DNA of 39,080 nt from Dehalococcoidia bacterium (lineage in GTDB: Bacteria; Chloroflexota; Dehalococcoidia; DSTF01; RBG-16-68-14): NCBI GenBank assembly GCA_040882355.1, contig JBBEBM010000015.1, forward strand, positions 1-39,080. The letters are read 5' to 3'. Shown here piece after piece: positions 34,503-39,080 of the stretch. The position numbers and the translations under genes are program-made. The first letter of the stretch is position 1. The number at the start of each line of letters is the position of its first letter. The notes beneath the pieces were generated by a model that saw nothing but the letters and a program-made list of their open reading frames with translations, had not been told where the DNA came from and made no database searches.

Positions 34503-37500
34503 TCAGAGGCGCGAAGCGATCCGCGCGTATGATGGGCCAAGGCCGCCCGCGAAGTCGCGAACCTCAGCCCACTTCTTGCTTCCCGGGAGGACCTTAGCGC
34601 TTCTCAAGTCTGCGAGCGCGTCCATGATTTGGCTGCGCAGCGGCTCTTCCGCTGCTTTTGCCTCTTGCAAGAGATCGCCCACCTCGCGCCGCGCGTCCTC
34701 CCTCGGCACAAACCCCATCGTGCCAAGCTGCGCGTACGCGGCGGGACGAAGGGCGCTAGGTAACTCGGCGGGCCGCAAACTGTCGGGGCGGGAATAGTCG
34801 CGAACCACGCGATAAACGCTATCACGCTGGGTCAATCGCGGAGCAACGAGCACGAGCGCGTTGACAAGGCTATGGAACTGCCGCTCCGTGACCGGCGGAG
34901 TCTCGCGCAGTGCCTGCTGGGTCGCGCCTGCCCAGGAACGCGCTTCTTCGTCTGTTAGGACCTGTTCATTAGCCTCGGCCACAGCAAACGAATCTACGAA
35001 CGAGGCAGCGCCGTCGTTGCGTGCCCGTGCGGACGCCGTCAGGACCTCCAGCAGGGGATCGTGAGATATCTTCCAGGCGCGAGCCATGCTTCGCAGCAGG
35101 CCGACTGTGTGACTGTCCGCGGTCGAAGGGCTTGCTGCGATCCCCTTACAAGCCGCGGAAAACAATGCCTCGACGACTTCCACATTGCGCTTTGACGTGC
35201 GAAAGACGCTGCGATTAGACAACAGGCCGTGCACGCCCGCGAATGCAGCTCGCCAACTAGGAACCGCTGCTTGATGCAACACGCTGCCTACGGCAGCAAC
35301 CGCCTCTTCTCTCGAGCCGAGATTCTCACCTGCTGTCCAGATCGCCTCAGCGATCATCTGACAGGCCTCCTCGTCGCGGGTCTCACGAAGCCGACTGGTC
35401 AGGGGCTCCAACCAAGAGGCGCTGCTTAATCCGTGGTTCGGTCGCTTCGTTTCGGCACGAACGAACTCCCGTACCGTTTCTGCCTCCGCCGTACCTAGGA
35501 ACTGGGATAGGTTATCGCTTGCTCCCTGCACAGCCGCCTCCGACGACGATCCATGCGCCAGTACCAATTCTGCGTGAAGCACATGCCTAGCAAGCGCCTC
35601 CTCCGATCCCGCCAGCCGTGCTTCTAGCGCTGCCAGCAGCCCATCCACAAGTGACGCGTCCGCCTGCTCAATAGACTCTGGTATTCCTTCGAGCAGGTCA
35701 CACATGGTCCGCAGTTCCTTTTGCTTTCCTGGATCCGTGGCATTCAGCAGCTCGGTTAGCTTCCCAATCGTACCGTTTGCCGATGGAGGTTCCATAACCG
35801 GATCGAACCGTCTTAGCAATTCCACTGCCGGAGGAAGCTCTCCTCCTTCGTGCGGCAGGAAATCATCCACAGTCAACGAGCTGATGTAGTTATCTATAGT
35901 GGTCGGTGTCATAAGGGCTCCTGTCGCGTCCTTCGTCTTAGTAGCACAAAGCAGGACTCCGCTCCTCGTCTTGAAACGATCCTCAATGACGCGGCCCAAG
36001 GCAGGAACCTGCGCGCCTGGCAACATGGCGATTCGGTCAGCCAAATCTTCAACTAGTTCCTCGGCTAGTTCCTCGGCCAATTCATCCTCTGAATCATCCG
36101 TCAGCGCAGCTATGGTCCTTTCGACTGTCTCCTCGAGGCGAATCCGTTGCTGGGGTGAAGCGTCCAGGACGTCGAGCAGGGACCCGATAGGAAGGCGCCC
36201 CGGCTGACCCGCAAGCACCCGATACTGAGTCAAGACGGGCCCAATTGAATCCGCTATCCGCCTCCGCCGCTCTTCCTCGGCTTCTTCAGCGAGGATGACA
36301 ATTACGCTCAGGACATTCCTTGCCTGGCCGATTTGCGTTGACCTGGCCAGTTCTCGCAGAATCAGCAACATTATGCTCCATCGCGCATCCACTAGCGCCG
36401 TATCGCTCAGAACACATTTCCCTGCTGCGTCCACATCTCCCATCTCCAAGTATCTGCGGAACTCCTCGTAGTCTGGCAAGCGAGCTTCGGCCTCGTTCTG
36501 CTTCAGCCTCATGTATGCGCGCGTTTGGCCGTTAGTTGCCACCACATCTTCCGTCGCTAGCAGAAATTCTCGCAACCCTGCGCGCTCCTCACTGTCAAGG
36601 CGCGGGTCCTCCACTCCTTGTGTTGCCCCTATCTGAAGGTCCCACAGAACCCCCGGCTCATCTCCCATTTGCTCATACAAGACAGGCCATCTCTCATCTA
36701 CAATCATTAGCTTCGCGGCGATCAGCGTAGCAAACTTCTCCTTGCCAAGATTTAGGATTCCCTGGTCAACCCTGGCTTCCGCGAGTTGGGTCCTCGCTGC
36801 CAAATTGTTGATAAACTGCTTGACGCGCCGCGGACTTTCCGAAAAAGCAAAGCTAGTCATCCGCGCCAAACGCTCTACGACTTCGGGCTCTTCCCCTTCT
36901 GTTAACCTCAGAGTCATCAGCTCGCGTCTTGCGAACTGGTACAACTCATCTTCGTAGAAGTCCGCAATATCTATTGTCACGTTGAAGAACTTCCGCAAGA
37001 ATTCAGAGGAGCTCGTGGCATCCCGTGCATACTCTGCTTCTATGTGTGACCTGAGTGCGACATCATCACATGGAATGACAAACATGAATGGGCTATCTTG
37101 ATGTTCCAGATAGGTCTTGATGCTTCCTAGCACCTCGATGACCTGCGAACTCTGAAGCCTGTCGAGATTGTCTACTATCGCTATGACCTTGTCAATTCTC
37201 CTAGCCCGGACTTTCTCGACTATCTCATCCTTGAATAGCGCTTCGAACCGGTCGGATGTGACAGGAGCAAGCGTGGTGGATGACGGCCGGACTACGACGT
37301 TCGGTACGCGCGCTAATACTTGGATCAAAAGCGGTACGAGCACCAGGACGAGAAATGACACCTCCGGGTTATCGACGCCTCGCCATCGGAATAGCAGGAA
37401 GAGGCCAACACCAATCGCAAGGGCGGTCGCGAGTGCGATACCGCTGGTCAGGGCTAAGGCATGCAGATCAATGCTAATGGGTTGGTCACCGTCTATGCCA

Positions 37501-37865
37501 CCTACTTGCTTGTCGAGCGCGGAGCGAATGGTGGGCTTCGTTATGACCTTCTGCTCCACCAGCTGTTCCTCAACGCCGAGGAGGAACTGCCTTCGGAACG
37601 AGTCGCTTTGGAATTTCCACACATCCAAGACCACCGCCGCGCTGTCGTTCTCGCCGCGCTTATGTCGATACGCTTTCGCCAGATGGTTCGTGATGGTACT
37701 CTTGCCAGTACCCCACTTCCCAAAAAGACCAATCGTGAAGGGCGGAGTCACGTCGCCCAGTATTCGCCGCAGGACGTGCTCGTACGCTGTGTGGCGAAAC
37801 TGATCCTCTTCCGCCAGGTTGGCAAGCGGATCGTCTCGCAGCAGCAATCGCCTTTGGGCCACCAC
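34503..37865 (-). CDS. KAP-family P-loop NTPase with transmembrane insert and long helical C-terminus
   Basis: Walker A GLFGKWGTGKST, two TM helices, Walker B IAIVDNLDRL, FLRKFF, SPRRVKQFIN. Low GC (28/60 in 36961-37020). Start probably GTG 37865 or 37862 after TATAAT. Confidence 0.88.
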   Translation of the reverse strand: MVAQRRLLLRDDPLANLAEEDQFRHTAYEHVLRRILGDVTPPFTIGLFGKWGTGKSTITNHLAKAYRHKRGENDSAAVVLDVWKFQSDSFRRQFLLGVEEQLVEQKVITKPTIRSALDKQVGGIDGDQPISIDLHALALTSGIALATALAIGVGLFLLFRWRGVDNPEVSFLVLVLVPLLIQVLARVPNVVVRPSSTTLAPVTSDRFEALFKDEIVEKVRARRIDKVIAIVDNLDRLQSSQVIEVLGSIKTYLEHQDSPFMFVIPCDDVALRSHIEAEYARDATSSSEFLRKFFNVTIDIADFYEDELYQFARRELMTLRLTEGEEPEVVERLARMTSFAFSESPRRVKQFINNLAARTQLAEARVDQGILNLGKEKFATLIAAKLMIVDERWPVLYEQMGDEPGVLWDLQIGATQGVEDPRLDSEERAGLREFLLATEDVVATNGQTRAYMRLKQNEAEARLPDYEEFRRYLEMGDVDAAGKCVLSDTALVDARWSIMLLILRELARSTQIGQARNVLSVIVILAEEAEEERRRRIADSIGPVLTQYRVLAGQPGRLPIGSLLDVLDASPQQRIRLEETVERTIAALTDDSEDELAEELAEELVEDLADRIAMLPGAQVPALGRVIEDRFKTRSGVLLCATKTKDATGALMTPTTIDNYISSLTVDDFLPHEGGELPPAVELLRRFDPVMEPPSANGTIGKLTELLNATDPGKQKELRTMCDLLEGIPESIEQADASLVDGLLAALEARLAGSEEALARHVLHAELVLAHGSSSEAAVQGASDNLSQFLGTAEAETVREFVRAETKRPNHGLSSASWLEPLTSRLRETRDEEACQMIAEAIWTAGENLGSREEAVAAVGSVLHQAAVPSWRAAFAGVHGLLSNRSVFRTSKRNVEVVEALFSAACKGIAASPSTADSHTVGLLRSMARAWKISHDPLLEVLTASARARNDGAASFVDSFAVAEANEQVLTDEEARSWAGATQQALRETPPVTERQFHSLVNALVLVAPRLTQRDSVYRVVRDYSRPDSLRPAELPSALRPAAYAQLGTMGFVPREDARREVGDLLQEAKAAEEPLRSQIMDALADLRSAKVLPGSKKWAEVRDFAGGLGPSYARIASRL

Positions 37866-38199
37866 ACGCGGATTATAACCCACCTACGCCCCCGCCCGCC
37901 CCTACAGCCTGGCGGCTGGCCCGCCCCACCCCCCTCATGGCCCCAAGCGCCGCAGCCTGCGACAATGGCGGAACGCATGCGCCGTCAGCAGCAAGGCTCG
38001 CCCGCGCGGAGGGGCGCTCGCTCGTGAGCGGCCCCACGCGCCTCCTCTACGCGCATCGCCCTGGCCCCGCCCCCTGCCGCCCGGCCCTTCGCGGTTTCGC
38101 CGGGCGGGCGTAGGCTGGCGCTTGATGACTCGTCGTGGGTGTACGGCGTCCGGCGCGCGGGCGCCGGATACGCGGGTGGGAGGTGATCGGCGCCCGACG

Positions 38200-38219
38200 G
38201 CGCAGAAAGGTGTTTTTGC
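38200..38219. repeat. 20-bp repeat on the right of the KAP gene (inverted)
   Basis: GCGCAGAAAGGTGTTTTTGC. Confidence 0.6.
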
Positions 38220-38349
38220 AAATCGTAATGACACGGAACGTTGGGGAGGCACGGGCCAGCCTAAAGGCTGGCCCGGGGAGAAGGGGGGCCGGGCGCGATG
38301 CCAGGCGCTCCGCGCGGTGACGGACGGGCTGCGAGGACCCCTGCCGGCG

Positions 38350-38856
38350 CTACGGGACCCAGCCGGGCAAGGCGGCCGCCTGCCGGATCCACGCCGCCAT
38401 CTGCGCCTCGTCGAGATCGTCCTCGTGGATGTCGATCCAGCGCGCGTCCTTGCCCGTGCCTCCGGGCGGGACGGGTCGCAGCGACGTGCCCTGGAAGAAG
38501 CTCACCTTGACGTAGCGGGTGAAGACGTGGAACGACAGGAACCAGCCCTGGCCCTCGACGCCGTACAGCGGCGAGTTCCACTTGACCGCCTTGCGCACGC
38601 CGGGGACGGTGCGCACGATGAGGGCATCGAGGCGTCGGCCGACGTCACGCTTCCAGCCGGGCATGGCCGCGATGTAGGCCTGCACGGGGGCGTCGCCGCC
38701 GGCCTTCGCGATTTGCGGATTGCCGCCTGTAAGGAGTTTCACCTTGGCTGCGGCGGACCGTCCGACCTTGCCCGCGGAGCTCTTGCCTTTGGTCGCGGCG
38801 GGCTTCCCCTTGACGACGCGGGACGGCCGTTTGGCGGTCTTGGGCTTGGCGGGCAT
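38350..38856 (-). CDS. DUF1801 (YdhG-like) protein with Lys-rich N-terminus
   Basis: LLTGGNPQIAK..GDAPVQAYIAAMPGWK, KAVKWNSP.YG, FFQGTSL.P.PP. AAAGGAG RBS before ATG 38856. Confidence 0.88.
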   Translation of the reverse strand: MPAKPKTAKRPSRVVKGKPAATKGKSSAGKVGRSAAAKVKLLTGGNPQIAKAGGDAPVQAYIAAMPGWKRDVGRRLDALIVRTVPGVRKAVKWNSPLYGVEGQGWFLSFHVFTRYVKVSFFQGTSLRPVPPGGTGKDARWIDIHEDDLDEAQMAAWIRQAAALPGWVP

Positions 38857-39080
38857 GTGCGGAGAGGGCTCCTTTCGATTCGATCTCGAAAGTGATGTTT
38901 CAAGCATGCATCTGAGAATAGCATAGAACGAGGGGCGTCGATGGTGTAGCGCGTCCGGAGAACAGGAGCGTCGTGGTAGGCAAACGGTATGCGCGGGCGG
39001 GTCTGAGACCCGCCCCTACAAGACGCTGCCTTCGATCGCAACCGTATCGCAGGCAGGGGCCCAGTGGGGCGGCTCACGAG

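Overview
A 39 kb, high-GC bacterial chromosomal window with one 10-N assembly gap (10703-10712). The gene content suggests Chloroflexota, probably Dehalococcoidia-like, but this is inference only. The backbone holds catabolic and housekeeping genes: two APH/choline-kinase-like phosphotransferases, a patatin, tldD and tldE/pmbA, an LLM oxidoreductase, two enoyl-CoA hydratases, an amidase, a NuoE/NuoF-like pair with no catalytic partner, a serine hydrolase, a GGDEF protein and tesB. Four parts stand out. (1) A lower-GC island (about 20.1-24.2 kb) of five exported proteins: a divergent M23-like peptidase with a frameshift after its signal peptide, a Cys-rich glycoside-hydrolase-like protein, one other partner and two diverged tandem paralogs. 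The layout resembles a cell-wall-lytic effector/immunity locus. (2) An eis-like acetyltransferase preceded by a promoter, a 16-codon leader ORF and a terminator, a candidate ribosome-sensing attenuator. (3) An OmpR/sensor kinase/PepSY/lipoprotein cassette between tldD and tldE, whose three promoters share 11-bp-periodic TTCAT repeats placed exactly 9 nt before a -10-like hexamer. (4) A low-GC standalone membrane KAP NTPase, a possible defence gene, flanked by a 20-bp inverted repeat. Intergenic spaces carry at least four REP/MITE-like repeat families, several supplying stop codons, and several genes look leaderless. No rRNA, tRNA, CRISPR array, transposase or integrase was recognised. All family calls come from motifs read by eye, not database searches.
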